A stretch of DNA of 64,000 bases, from positions 1,587,301 to 1,651,300 of the forward strand of contig JACKDX010000001.1 of NCBI GenBank assembly GCA_020633325.1. The letters are read 5' to 3'. The DNA is from Myxococcales bacterium. Its GTDB lineage: Bacteria; Myxococcota_A; Polyangia; Polyangiales; GCA-016699535. Both the position numbers and the translations under genes were made by a program. This document shows positions 55,284-63,603 of the stretch, piece after piece. Each line of letters begins with the position of its first letter. Positions within the stretch are counted from its first letter, which is position 1. The notes under the pieces were generated by a model that saw nothing but the letters and a program-made list of their open reading frames with translations, had not been told where the DNA came from and did not search any database.

Positions 55284-56327
55284 GTGTCGGACTTGAACAA
55301 GCATCAAAGCAGCCCCTCGACGCGTGAAAGCCCCATGACGCCCGGAGAGCGGCTTGCGGCTCAAAAAGCCGCCAAAGCCATAATCAAAGCACGAAAGCGC
55401 GGCAAACCAGTGATGGAGGAGCAGATTCTGAGGCGGGCTTCCAAAGCCGGCCAATGGGTGTCCCGCTACCGAAACCTGTGGCTGATCGGCGGGATTATAT
55501 TCGTGGCCGTGGGTGCGGTGGTTGCGTTCGAGTGGTGGTACATGGCCGAGAGATCGCACAAAGCGACCGCCTTGCTCCACGCTGCGGTCCAGACGACCTT
55601 TGCGGAGATTGGCGGTCCCAACGCGTTGGCGGCATCTGCTCAGGGCACCGACAAGAAGAAGCAAGAGCGGTTTCAGAGCGAGGATGCACGCGCGAAAAAG
55701 GCGATTGAGCGCTATTCCAAAGTCATCGCCGAGTATCCTTCAAGTGACGCTGCGGCATGGGCAAAGCTTGGGCAAGCAGCGCAGTTCATGGCTTTAGGCA
55801 ATGTGGCCAAAGCGTCTGCGCGTTACGCAGAAGTGGAAAAAGCTGCCGACGAGCCATGGCTTCGTCGTGCGGCCATTGAAGGGCTGATTGTCGCCAAGGA
55901 GCAAATCAAAGACTACGAGGCCGCTCAGCGATACGCAAAGACGCTTCTTGGACTAAACGAGGGCGCGTTCAAAGACGCAGCCGAATACCATTTGGCCCGG
56001 ATTGCGATCCACCAAGGCGACAAAGCGGGCGCTGCCAAACGCCTCAAGACCCTCATTGAACGTTTTCGAAAAGAAGACGCCTCGGCAAACGCTTATCTCT
56101 TGGAACAATCCGAGTTGGCGCTACTGGATATTGATCCCGAGATGCTTCCGGGCGGGCGCTTAACAAAGAGCGGTCAAAATGGGCTCGGTGATCTCGGGGG
56201 GTTGGGCGGCCCGGGTGGCTTAGGGGGAGCGGAGGGGCTTAACAACCTCTCGCCAGAACAGCTCAAGCTGCTGATCGAACAACTCCAACGACAAGCCCCG
56301 GCTTCCGGCAAGCCCGAGGAGCCATAA
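55284..56327 (+). CDS. YfgM-like membrane-anchored TPR protein
   Basis: GTG start, one TM helix (WLIGGIIFVAVGAVVAFEWW), helical TPR-like repeats and a Gly-rich tail. It sits immediately upstream of a BamB-like gene, as yfgM does in E. coli. Confidence 0.65.
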   Translation: MSDLNKHQSSPSTRESPMTPGERLAAQKAAKAIIKARKRGKPVMEEQILRRASKAGQWVSRYRNLWLIGGIIFVAVGAVVAFEWWYMAERSHKATALLHAAVQTTFAEIGGPNALAASAQGTDKKKQERFQSEDARAKKAIERYSKVIAEYPSSDAAAWAKLGQAAQFMALGNVAKASARYAEVEKAADEPWLRRAAIEGLIVAKEQIKDYEAAQRYAKTLLGLNEGAFKDAAEYHLARIAIHQGDKAGAAKRLKTLIERFRKEDASANAYLLEQSELALLDIDPEMLPGGRLTKSGQNGLGDLGGLGGPGGLGGAEGLNNLSPEQLKLLIEQLQRQAPASGKPEEP

Positions 56328-56332
56328 CCACC

Positions 56333-57523
56333 GTGTCCCGCTTGATGATGCCCATGGAGGCGGGCACCCTTGGGCTGTGCGTCCTTTTGGTCCTTGCCGA
56401 GGGATGCGGTGCGCTTGGCTTGGGGGCGAAGGACACCTGGCCGGACGACGTTGGTTATAGAGGCCAGGCAACCGATGCGATACTGCTTCGGTGGCATAAA
56501 CCTTTGGTTCCCCCTTTTGAGGGGCCCTATAAGCCCGTCGAGGGCGCCGTGCCCGTTCTGAGCCCGAAGGATGACAGGGTCTACGTGGGCACCTCAAGCG
56601 GGCATTTCTGGGCGCTCAGCGGGGGAGGGCAGCGACAGTACCAATACAATGCAATGGGAGCGATTGAGTCCGAGGCCGGCATCGATCGCAAGCGTGGGGA
56701 CATCTATGTGGGAACCGAAGACGGCGTGCTCCACGCGCTCAGGGCGCAGGATGGAAGATTGAGATGGCGGCATAAAGTGCGAGGATCGCTCCGGCAAGCC
56801 CCCGTCATGACTGCGCGAAGCGTATTCGTGATCACCGACGACGACGAAATCAGTGCGATCGATCGGCGTTCGGGTAAGCGCAGCTGGACCTACCACCGAG
56901 ATGCCCCCGAAGGATTCACCATTGCCGGCCATGCGGGTCTCGCACTGAGCGAGAATCTTCTCATCACGGGGTTCAGTGATGGCGTCGTTATGGCGTTCGA
57001 TCCGCAGACTGGCAAAATCGCGTGGGAACGCGATACGTCGATTGAAATCGATCAAACCAAAGAAGCGCCGCAGCGCTTCGCCGACGTGGACACAACTCCG
57101 GTGGTAGAGGGCGAGACCGTGTACGTGGCCTCATTTTCGGGCGGCCTGTTTGAGCTCTCGCTCAAGACGGGCGGCGTGGATTGGCATCGCAGCGACTGGA
57201 CCGGGATCACGGCGCTCGTGGTCACCCCGGCCGAAGTCGTGATGTCGTCTGCCGACATGGGCGTCTTGTGCATGGACCGCGAAAGCCGCAGCCTGCGCTG
57301 GCGCCATAAGATGATACGCGGGGCGCCATCCCGGGCGACGGCGATTCCCTATCGCGTAATTGTCGGTGACAGCACGGGCGCGCTCTTGGCCTTGTCAATA
57401 GACGATGGCCGCGAGCTATCACGCATCGAATCCAAGCACGGCTTTTCGGGCGCCATCGCCGTGGCGGATCACCGTGGCTATGTGCTTTCCAACAGCGGCG
57501 AGCTTTTCGCCTTCGAACTGTAG
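56333..57523 (+). CDS. bamB: BamB-like PQQ-repeat beta-propeller lipoprotein
   Basis: Signal peptide with Cys (LVLAEGC). Repeated motifs G.V.A.D...G...W typical of the 8-bladed PQQ-like propeller. Confidence 0.75.
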   Translation: MSRLMMPMEAGTLGLCVLLVLAEGCGALGLGAKDTWPDDVGYRGQATDAILLRWHKPLVPPFEGPYKPVEGAVPVLSPKDDRVYVGTSSGHFWALSGGGQRQYQYNAMGAIESEAGIDRKRGDIYVGTEDGVLHALRAQDGRLRWRHKVRGSLRQAPVMTARSVFVITDDDEISAIDRRSGKRSWTYHRDAPEGFTIAGHAGLALSENLLITGFSDGVVMAFDPQTGKIAWERDTSIEIDQTKEAPQRFADVDTTPVVEGETVYVASFSGGLFELSLKTGGVDWHRSDWTGITALVVTPAEVVMSSADMGVLCMDRESRSLRWRHKMIRGAPSRATAIPYRVIVGDSTGALLALSIDDGRELSRIESKHGFSGAIAVADHRGYVLSNSGELFAFEL

Positions 57524-57740
57524 TTCGCTATAGCTCGCGCAGGTTGGCTGATTCGCATGGCGCTCCTTCCACAGGCTGCCATGGTTAAACATCATACGGC
57601 AGAGCACTAACCCAACATTTAGTTGCCATTTTATGAATTCGTAAAAGATATATTATGTTAAATTAAGCTGGAGGGCGATGGGACCGGGCTCTTCCTCCCT
57701 CAGGATATCTCGGAGCATGAGCCCTGGCTCCAAGCGTGGC

Positions 57741-58523
57741 TCAATGGCCTTTGAAATGTGGGGGGCGTTTGTCGCGAAACGCTGCGAGGGCTTCCTCTCG
57801 GTCGTGGCTCAAAAGCGTTTGTTCATACGCGCGCCGCTCAGCATCGAGTCCTTCGGCGAGCCCACAATCGAGCCCTTGGTCGACGGCCACGAGCGCCGAG
57901 CGTACCGCGAGAGGCGCCATGCGATTGAGCGGCTCGAGAAACGTCAGCGCACAAGCGCGCGCGGATTGTCCAGGTTCGGCGATACGGTTGATGAGGCCCA
58001 TGGCGAGTGCTTCGTGCGCGCTGAGGCGCTTGCCCAATACGATCATCTCTTTTGCCCGCGCCGGCCCTATGAGCCGCGGCAAGCGTTGGGTGCCACCGGC
58101 ACCCGGGATAATCCCGAGACCGGTTTCCGGTAATCCCAGCACCACGGATTCGACTGCCACCCTGAAATCTGCGGTCAACGCGAGTTCGAGGCCGCCTCCC
58201 AATGCCACGCCATTGAGCGCGGCCACGACCGGCACAGGCAAGCTATCGATGGCATCAAACGCATCCCGGCATCGATCGAGGACCTCGCGCGCCTGCTCGG
58301 CATTGAGCAAGATCCGTTCCTTGAGATCAGCGCCACTGCAAAACGCCTCTTCTCCCTCTGCGGTGATCACGACCGCCCTAAGCTCGGTGTCGGAAGCTGC
58401 ACGAGCTGCAAGTCTGCCGAGCTCAACGAACATGTCTCGGCTGAGCGCGTTGCGACGCTCGGGGCGATGGATCGTCCAAATCGCGACACTGTTTTGGGTT
58501 TCGAGGCGTATCAACGGGTGCAT
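57741..58523 (-). CDS. enoyl-CoA hydratase/isomerase (crotonase) family protein
   Basis: Motifs FCSGADLKE, ALNGVALGGGLELAL, PETGLGIIPGAGGTQRLPR. Confidence 0.9.
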   Translation of the reverse strand: MHPLIRLETQNSVAIWTIHRPERRNALSRDMFVELGRLAARAASDTELRAVVITAEGEEAFCSGADLKERILLNAEQAREVLDRCRDAFDAIDSLPVPVVAALNGVALGGGLELALTADFRVAVESVVLGLPETGLGIIPGAGGTQRLPRLIGPARAKEMIVLGKRLSAHEALAMGLINRIAEPGQSARACALTFLEPLNRMAPLAVRSALVAVDQGLDCGLAEGLDAERRAYEQTLLSHDREEALAAFRDKRPPHFKGH

Positions 58524-58627
58524 CCTCCCAACGCTGTCTGCCTGGTGTAACTCGCCAAACTTTTTGCTACAATCCTTGAGCGACTGCCAGGCTTCTTGAC
58601 CGCGCCCGACTTTCCCTTGAAGATTAG

Positions 58628-58912
58628 ATGATGCAAACTGAAGTTTTCGTCGATATTTTGCGTAAAATCAAGGGAATTGAAGACAAAGACGGCGTGTATA
58701 CGCTGGCCGACGGATGGGATATGACCGTGCACCTCGGATCGCCAGGTCGCGCTCTCGTGGTGCGAAAAGTTCGCGCTGTTCGGATCGATGGCCCACTCAT
58801 CACATTGGACTCGACCGAATCAGGCAGCATCTATTGCACATGCAGCGACGTTTCTGTGGTGACCGCCGAAGAGGCCATGGCGGCGCGCGGTGCACGGGCC
58901 GGGTTCGGGTAA
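58628..58912 (+). CDS. hypothetical protein (94 aa)
   Basis: The ORF ends 7 nt before the pilR-like start. No SD and no recognisable motif. Confidence 0.4.
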   Translation: MMQTEVFVDILRKIKGIEDKDGVYTLADGWDMTVHLGSPGRALVVRKVRAVRIDGPLITLDSTESGSIYCTCSDVSVVTAEEAMAARGARAGFG

Positions 58913-58919
58913 TCCGTCG

Positions 58920-60323
58920 ATGTCCGAGGAGCCGCGCGTCCTAATCTGCGACGATGAGCCCGGTATGCGCGGGATGCTGGAGGTGTTGCTCAGGCGGCAA
59001 GGCTATGCGGTCTCGTCGGTGGACGGCGTGGTTCGAGCCCGCAAGCGCCTGATTGACTCCCTTCCCTTCGATGTCATCGTCACCGACTTGTCCATGCCCG
59101 ACGGCTCGGGGATGGATGTGCTCCGTGCGGCTTCTTTACGCGATGATGCCACCCAGGTGATCCTGATCACGGCCTATGCCACGACCGAGCAAGCCGTCCA
59201 TGCCATGCGGCTCGGTGCGTACGACTATGTGCAGAAGCCTTTTAAAAACCACGAGTTATTGGGCACGATCGAAAAAGCACTTGAGAAGCGTGCCATCCTC
59301 AAAGAAAACGCGTCACTTCGCGTGCGCGTTCATGAGGCGAAACGCACCGGCGAACTTATCGGGAAGTACCCACCCATGCTGCGTATCATGGAGCTCGTGA
59401 ATAAGGTCGCGAAATCTCCCACCAGTGTCTTGATCACAGGCGAGAGCGGCACCGGCAAGGAAATTGTCGCCCGTTCCTTGCACGAACTCAGCGATCGGAA
59501 CGCGCGCGCGTTTATCGTGGTGAACTGCGGTGCGCTGCCCGAAAATCTCATGGAGAGCGAGCTTTTTGGCCATGAGAAAGGGGCATTTACTGGCGCATCG
59601 GCAAAGAAGGACGGTCTGGTGCGCGCGGCCGACGAAGGCACGCTTTTTTTGGACGAGATTGGTGAGCTTCCGCTCGCTTTACAAGTCAAACTTTTGCGTG
59701 TGCTTCAGGAACGCAAAGTGCGTCCCGTAGGGGCGGATGAGGAGAAGCCCGTCGATGTGCGGGTGCTTGCCGCGACCAACCGCGACCTAGAGAAAGAAGT
59801 CGAAGCGGGTCGCTTCCGGCAGGATTTGTTTTTTCGCCTGAACGTGATCCGCATACGTATGCCTCCCTTGCGAGAAAGGCGTGAGGACATCCCGCTATTT
59901 GTCGAACGTTTGGTGCATAAGCACGCCACGCTGCAAGGCAAGCGGCTCGCTATGTCGCCCGAGGCCCTAAAGCGCCTGATGACGCTCCCCTACCCGGGCA
60001 ATGTCCGTGAGCTTGAAAACATTATCGAGCACGCGGTCACGCTCGCCTCTGGCGCACACATCGAGGTTGATGACCTCCCAGAGCACACCCGTGACATACC
60101 TTCATTAGAACTGCCGTCTATCTCAAGCGAGGGATTAGATCTCGATGCGCACCTTCAAGCCATCGAGAAGTCGTTGCTATCGTCAGCTTTGGAGAAAAGC
60201 GACGGAAACCGGACGGTAGCGGCAAAGATGTTGCAAATGAGCTTCCGTTCACTTCGATACCGTTTGGCCAAGTACGGTATGGATGAAGGCCGAGAGGACG
60301 ATCTAACCGCTGATGGTGATTGA
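58920..60323 (+). CDS. pilR: sigma-54-dependent response regulator (NtrC/PilR family)
   Basis: ORF trimmed to MSEEPRVLICDDEP. Receiver domain with DVIVTDLSMPDG. AAA+ domain with GESGTGKE and the GAFTGA loop (EKGAFTGAS). C-terminal Fis-type HTH. The symbol is inferred from the adjacent pilin genes and sigma-54 promoters. Confidence 0.85.
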   Translation: MSEEPRVLICDDEPGMRGMLEVLLRRQGYAVSSVDGVVRARKRLIDSLPFDVIVTDLSMPDGSGMDVLRAASLRDDATQVILITAYATTEQAVHAMRLGAYDYVQKPFKNHELLGTIEKALEKRAILKENASLRVRVHEAKRTGELIGKYPPMLRIMELVNKVAKSPTSVLITGESGTGKEIVARSLHELSDRNARAFIVVNCGALPENLMESELFGHEKGAFTGASAKKDGLVRAADEGTLFLDEIGELPLALQVKLLRVLQERKVRPVGADEEKPVDVRVLAATNRDLEKEVEAGRFRQDLFFRLNVIRIRMPPLRERREDIPLFVERLVHKHATLQGKRLAMSPEALKRLMTLPYPGNVRELENIIEHAVTLASGAHIEVDDLPEHTRDIPSLELPSISSEGLDLDAHLQAIEKSLLSSALEKSDGNRTVAAKMLQMSFRSLRYRLAKYGMDEGREDDLTADGD

Positions 60324-60331
60324 CCCCAACG

Positions 60332-60346
60332 TGGCTGGACCATAGC
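60332..60346 (+). promoter_or_regulatory. candidate sigma-54 promoter upstream of the first pilin gene
   Basis: TGGCTGGACCATAGC has correct GG/GC spacing, but the -12 element is TAGC rather than TTGC. Confidence 0.35.
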
Positions 60347-60393
60347 GGCCGTGCTATACTGTGCTGATGGGCGTGTTTAGGGGGCCAAGGCGG

Positions 60394-60918
60394 GTGCGCT
60401 CCGCGAAAAGGAACGGCTACTCGCTGATGGAGCTGATGGTCACGGTGGTGATTGTCGGCGTGCTATCCGCAATCGCGATTCCCACGTTCACCAACTACAT
60501 GTACCGCAGTAAGACGACCGAGGCGATCACCTTCTTGGCGGAAATCAAACAGCGGCAAGAGGCTTATCGTGCCGAGTTTGGGCAGTATTGCAACGTCTCG
60601 GCCGATCCGGCGACGCGCTGGCCAGGCGATGCTTTGGGGTCCAATCCTGTCCCTTGGGGCGCCTCCCCGGCCAATTGGACCGCACTAGGGGCGAGCCCCG
60701 ATGGCTACGTGCGCTTCCGCTACTCCACCGTCGCGGGGTTTCCAGGCACTGACCCCTCTGGAGCAGGCTTTAGCGGCGACTTGGGTTACGACGGCAGTGA
60801 CTTTTGGTTCGTCTCTCAGGCGCTCGCCGATCTGGACGAAGACGGAACGACGGTATTGTTTGAGTCCTACTCGGCGAGCTCAAACCTTTACATCAACCGC
60901 GACAAAGGCTGGGAATAA
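60394..60918 (+). CDS. type IV pilin-like protein
   Basis: ORF 60361.. trimmed to GTG 60394 after AAGG, giving MRSAKRNG|YSLMELMVTVVIVGVLSAIAIPTF. That is a short basic leader, Gly-1, Glu+5 and a hydrophobic alpha1-N helix. Confidence 0.78.
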   Translation: MRSAKRNGYSLMELMVTVVIVGVLSAIAIPTFTNYMYRSKTTEAITFLAEIKQRQEAYRAEFGQYCNVSADPATRWPGDALGSNPVPWGASPANWTALGASPDGYVRFRYSTVAGFPGTDPSGAGFSGDLGYDGSDFWFVSQALADLDEDGTTVLFESYSASSNLYINRDKGWE

Positions 60919-60984
60919 TCCGATCCATTTTTCTGTGATGGCGGTGCCCTTGCCGATCGCGTTGCTGGGGGTAAGCTTCTTGGC

Positions 60985-61857
60985 ATGCGGTGCCTTAGCT
61001 CGGTAGTTTGCGTCGCATTTTTGCTTAGCTCGTGCGCAGCGGACGGGTCCCTTGAGTTTGAAGGTGAAAACCAGGGACAAGGGGAAACGCGGTGGGCAAA
61101 ACCGCGCACCATTTACGATGGGCTATATACGCGTGAAGAGATACAGGCGGCCCTGCCCCACCCAGAGCTGTCCTGCAGCGTGCGTATCGATTCACGGCTG
61201 AATTGCGCCTCAGATTCCTACAAGTTTTTCCTTTCTGTGGCCGACGATATCTCGCGGACGTCCCTCTCTCGGCCGTTTTTGGTGTCGGATCTTTTGCGGC
61301 TTTTGTATGCCCTTGAGCTCAGCCTCGTCTTTGACGGCCATGAAGCCGTGAGTCGCGAAGCTTTTGTCCGCCATTATTGGTCTTTTGTAATCTCTCGCAA
61401 CCCCGGCACGCACTTCGGACTTAGCGGAGGTGACATGTTGGAGTACTTGGCAAGCATGCAGGCCTGGTGGCAACTCGTGTACCGCGATCGAGATGCGCTT
61501 AGAGACCTACTTCTTGAAGCACGAGCGGACAGCGCCTTTGAAATGCTCTGGTACAAGCAGTCTTTCCAGAATGGGGCCACCCTGGGGCGTCCCGTCAGCT
61601 GGGGAAACTGGGCTGCGGGCAGTACTGGATACGCCGCGCTTATGCAGGCCCGCGAAAACGGCATGTTGGGAGACCAAGCCCTGCCCTTACTATACCGCTA
61701 CTGCACCGCCTCCGGCGATTACGCCTTTGCTATCGTCACCTGGAAACAGGATTCACTTCTCGAAGCGCCCTCCCCAGTTGATGGCTCGATTGATCCAGAG
61801 TGCGGGGATAGCGAGATGGTCACGCCTCTCATTTACGACGGGCAAGTACTCCATTAA
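60985..61857 (+). CDS. putative lipoprotein, hypothetical
   Basis: Signal peptide with lipobox LLSSC. 290 aa with no motif I recognise. It lies between the two pilin genes. Confidence 0.55.
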   Translation: MRCLSSVVCVAFLLSSCAADGSLEFEGENQGQGETRWAKPRTIYDGLYTREEIQAALPHPELSCSVRIDSRLNCASDSYKFFLSVADDISRTSLSRPFLVSDLLRLLYALELSLVFDGHEAVSREAFVRHYWSFVISRNPGTHFGLSGGDMLEYLASMQAWWQLVYRDRDALRDLLLEARADSAFEMLWYKQSFQNGATLGRPVSWGNWAAGSTGYAALMQARENGMLGDQALPLLYRYCTASGDYAFAIVTWKQDSLLEAPSPVDGSIDPECGDSEMVTPLIYDGQVLH

Positions 61858-61892
61858 ATATCAAAGCAGCTCAAGACCTAGGTATTCGCCGC

Positions 61893-61917
61893 CCGCTGTT
61901 GCACAACAGCGCTTTAT
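61893..61917 (+). terminator. rho-independent terminator
   Basis: CGCTGT-TGCA-ACAGCG hairpin followed by CTTTATT, 36 nt after the lipoprotein stop. Confidence 0.5.
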
Positions 61918-62069
61918 TAAACCCGCAAGGAGTTGGTTGCATGTCATGAGGTCAGTACACCCGTGGGGTGACATTTATTGTCAATGAGGCCGTCCGCCAG
62001 GTGACGATAATGGTCACACAGGCGTCCCTGCTTCGCATAAAATGCTGCGATTTCAATGAAATGGGTTAT

Positions 62070-62085
62070 TGGTATGCCGCTTGCA
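62070..62085 (+). promoter_or_regulatory. sigma-54 -24/-12 promoter of pilA
   Basis: TGGTATGCCGCTTGCA has the exact spacing and both core dinucleotides of TGGCAC-N5-TTGCW. It lies about 60 nt upstream of the pilA ATG and downstream of a PilR-like activator gene. Confidence 0.65.
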
Positions 62086-62146
62086 ATGAGGATGTCTCAA
62101 CTCCTCGGTTGGAGTGAGACTTCGGTAATCAAGAAAGGAAATGGGC

Positions 62147-62686
62147 ATGTCGAAACTATTGAGCAAGAAAGAGGGCTTCACGCTGATCGAGTTGATGATC
62201 GTCGTGGCGATTTTGGGTATTTTGGCTGCGGTCGCGATTCCCGCGTTCGTGGGTTATGTGCGTCGCTCAAAGACGTCTGAGGCCACAGGCAACTTGAACT
62301 CGATGTTCAAGGGCGCCGCCAGTTACTACAATCAGGAACGTACGACGCAAGGCATTGCGGCAGCGACTTCGGGTAACTGCACAGTGGCTGACATTGCGCT
62401 TGAGCCTACGGATCCGGGAGCTGGAAAGCAAGCTTTCACCACCAATGCAAGCTGGGAAGCTCTGGGCTTCTCTATTGCTGACTACGTGTACTTTGGTTAC
62501 CAGGTGTCATCGGGCGGCGCGAGCTGTGCCAACACCGCCTCTGACACAACCATCTATACCCTCGCTGCACATGGCGACTTGGATGGCGATGACACGAACA
62601 GCACGTTCGAGTTGGCAGTCGGTAGTAACGCAAACAACGAGCTTTATCATGCTCGCGGCTTTTATATCGCGAGCGAGACCGAATAA
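62147..62686 (+). CDS. pilA: type IVa major pilin PilA
   Basis: [10 protein letters not shown]|[24 protein letters not shown] is a canonical prepilin leader and alpha1-N helix. I prefer ATG 62147 over 62141 because of its spacing from AAGGAA. A strong terminator follows. Confidence 0.9.
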   Translation: MSKLLSKKEGFTLIELMIVVAILGILAAVAIPAFVGYVRRSKTSEATGNLNSMFKGAASYYNQERTTQGIAAATSGNCTVADIALEPTDPGAGKQAFTTNASWEALGFSIADYVYFGYQVSSGGASCANTASDTTIYTLAAHGDLDGDDTNSTFELAVGSNANNELYHARGFYIASETE

Positions 62687-62710
62687 GCTTCTTACTCGGT
62701 ATCTGACAAA

Positions 62711-62748
62711 CCCCTGCAAGGGCCTTGCTCTTGCGGGGGTTTTCTTTT
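62711..62748 (+). terminator. rho-independent terminator after pilA
   Basis: 10-bp stem CCCCTGCAAG / CTTGCGGGGG (one G-T pair) followed by TTTTCTTTT. Confidence 0.75.
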
Positions 62749-62766
62749 AAGTCTGACGCGGCTCGT

Positions 62767-63603
62767 ATGAAACGCATGGCCCTCTCAATGGCGGTGGTCT
62801 GTGGTGTGGCGCTCGGCATACGCGTCTGCCGCGTGGATGCCATGCGCCAGTACCTGGCCATGCAACACTACGAAGACGTGTATTACCTGCCGCCCACCGA
62901 CTGGCTCCCCGTCTTTTCACTCGGTTACCATGAAGCGTTGGCCGATCTCATTTGGCTCAAAGCGCTGGTCTATTTTGGTGACGAACTTTATCACCGGGGC
63001 CAGGTGGCCTATCTGTTCAACTATGTGGATGCGATGCTGGCCCTCGATCCCGGGTTTCGGCAGATCTATCGATGGGTGGGGAGCGCTGCCTTGTATCGCA
63101 CAGGTACCGTCACCAGCAAAGATGCGTGGCGCGCCATCAGCTACTTGGAGAAAGGCGTGCGGCGCTTTCCAGACGACGGCGAGCTCGCGTGGGATCTCGG
63201 GGCAAGCCTGAGCTACGAGTTGCCGCCTTTGTTGAGCACGGCCGCCGAAAAGGAAAAGGCCATCGCCCGCGGCGTGCCCTACTTGGAAACCGCAGCCAGG
63301 CTGGGTGCGGGCCCGTCATGGCTCGCCTTGTCCAACGCGACGCAGCTCGTGCGTCTCGGCCAGGTCGAGCAAGCGCTGCGCCACCTTGAGGAAATCTATG
63401 CTACCGTTCACGATCCAGAAACCCGTGAACAGATTCGCTATCAAATAGCGCGCTACCGCGACCAGGCTTATGCAGAAGCGTTTGAGCACGCGCACAAGGA
63501 GTTTCAGAGTGAGTGGCAACGAGACTACCCCTATCTGCCGTCCACGCTGTTCATGCTGGTCGGCCCCAAGATCCCGATCGACGACGGGGCTCTCGCTCAT
63601 TGA
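62767..63603 (+). CDS. hypothetical helical-repeat (TPR-like) protein with signal/anchor sequence
   Basis: ORF trimmed to MKRMALSMAVVCGVALG. Helical repeats rich in Y/W/L/A (ALADLIWLKALVYFG..., AWRAISYLEKGVRRFPDD...). Confidence 0.55.
   Translation: MKRMALSMAVVCGVALGIRVCRVDAMRQYLAMQHYEDVYYLPPTDWLPVFSLGYHEALADLIWLKALVYFGDELYHRGQVAYLFNYVDAMLALDPGFRQIYRWVGSAALYRTGTVTSKDAWRAISYLEKGVRRFPDDGELAWDLGASLSYELPPLLSTAAEKEKAIARGVPYLETAARLGAGPSWLALSNATQLVRLGQVEQALRHLEEIYATVHDPETREQIRYQIARYRDQAYAEAFEHAHKEFQSEWQRDYPYLPSTLFMLVGPKIPIDDGALAH

Noticed and set aside
57678-58133. 151-aa plus-strand ORF with a GGAGG-like element just upstream
   Set aside because: It is completely antisense to the well-supported enoyl-CoA hydratase gene, and the SD-to-ATG spacing is only about 3 nt. 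I therefore treat it as a chance ORF. The nearby AT-rich island is reported separately.
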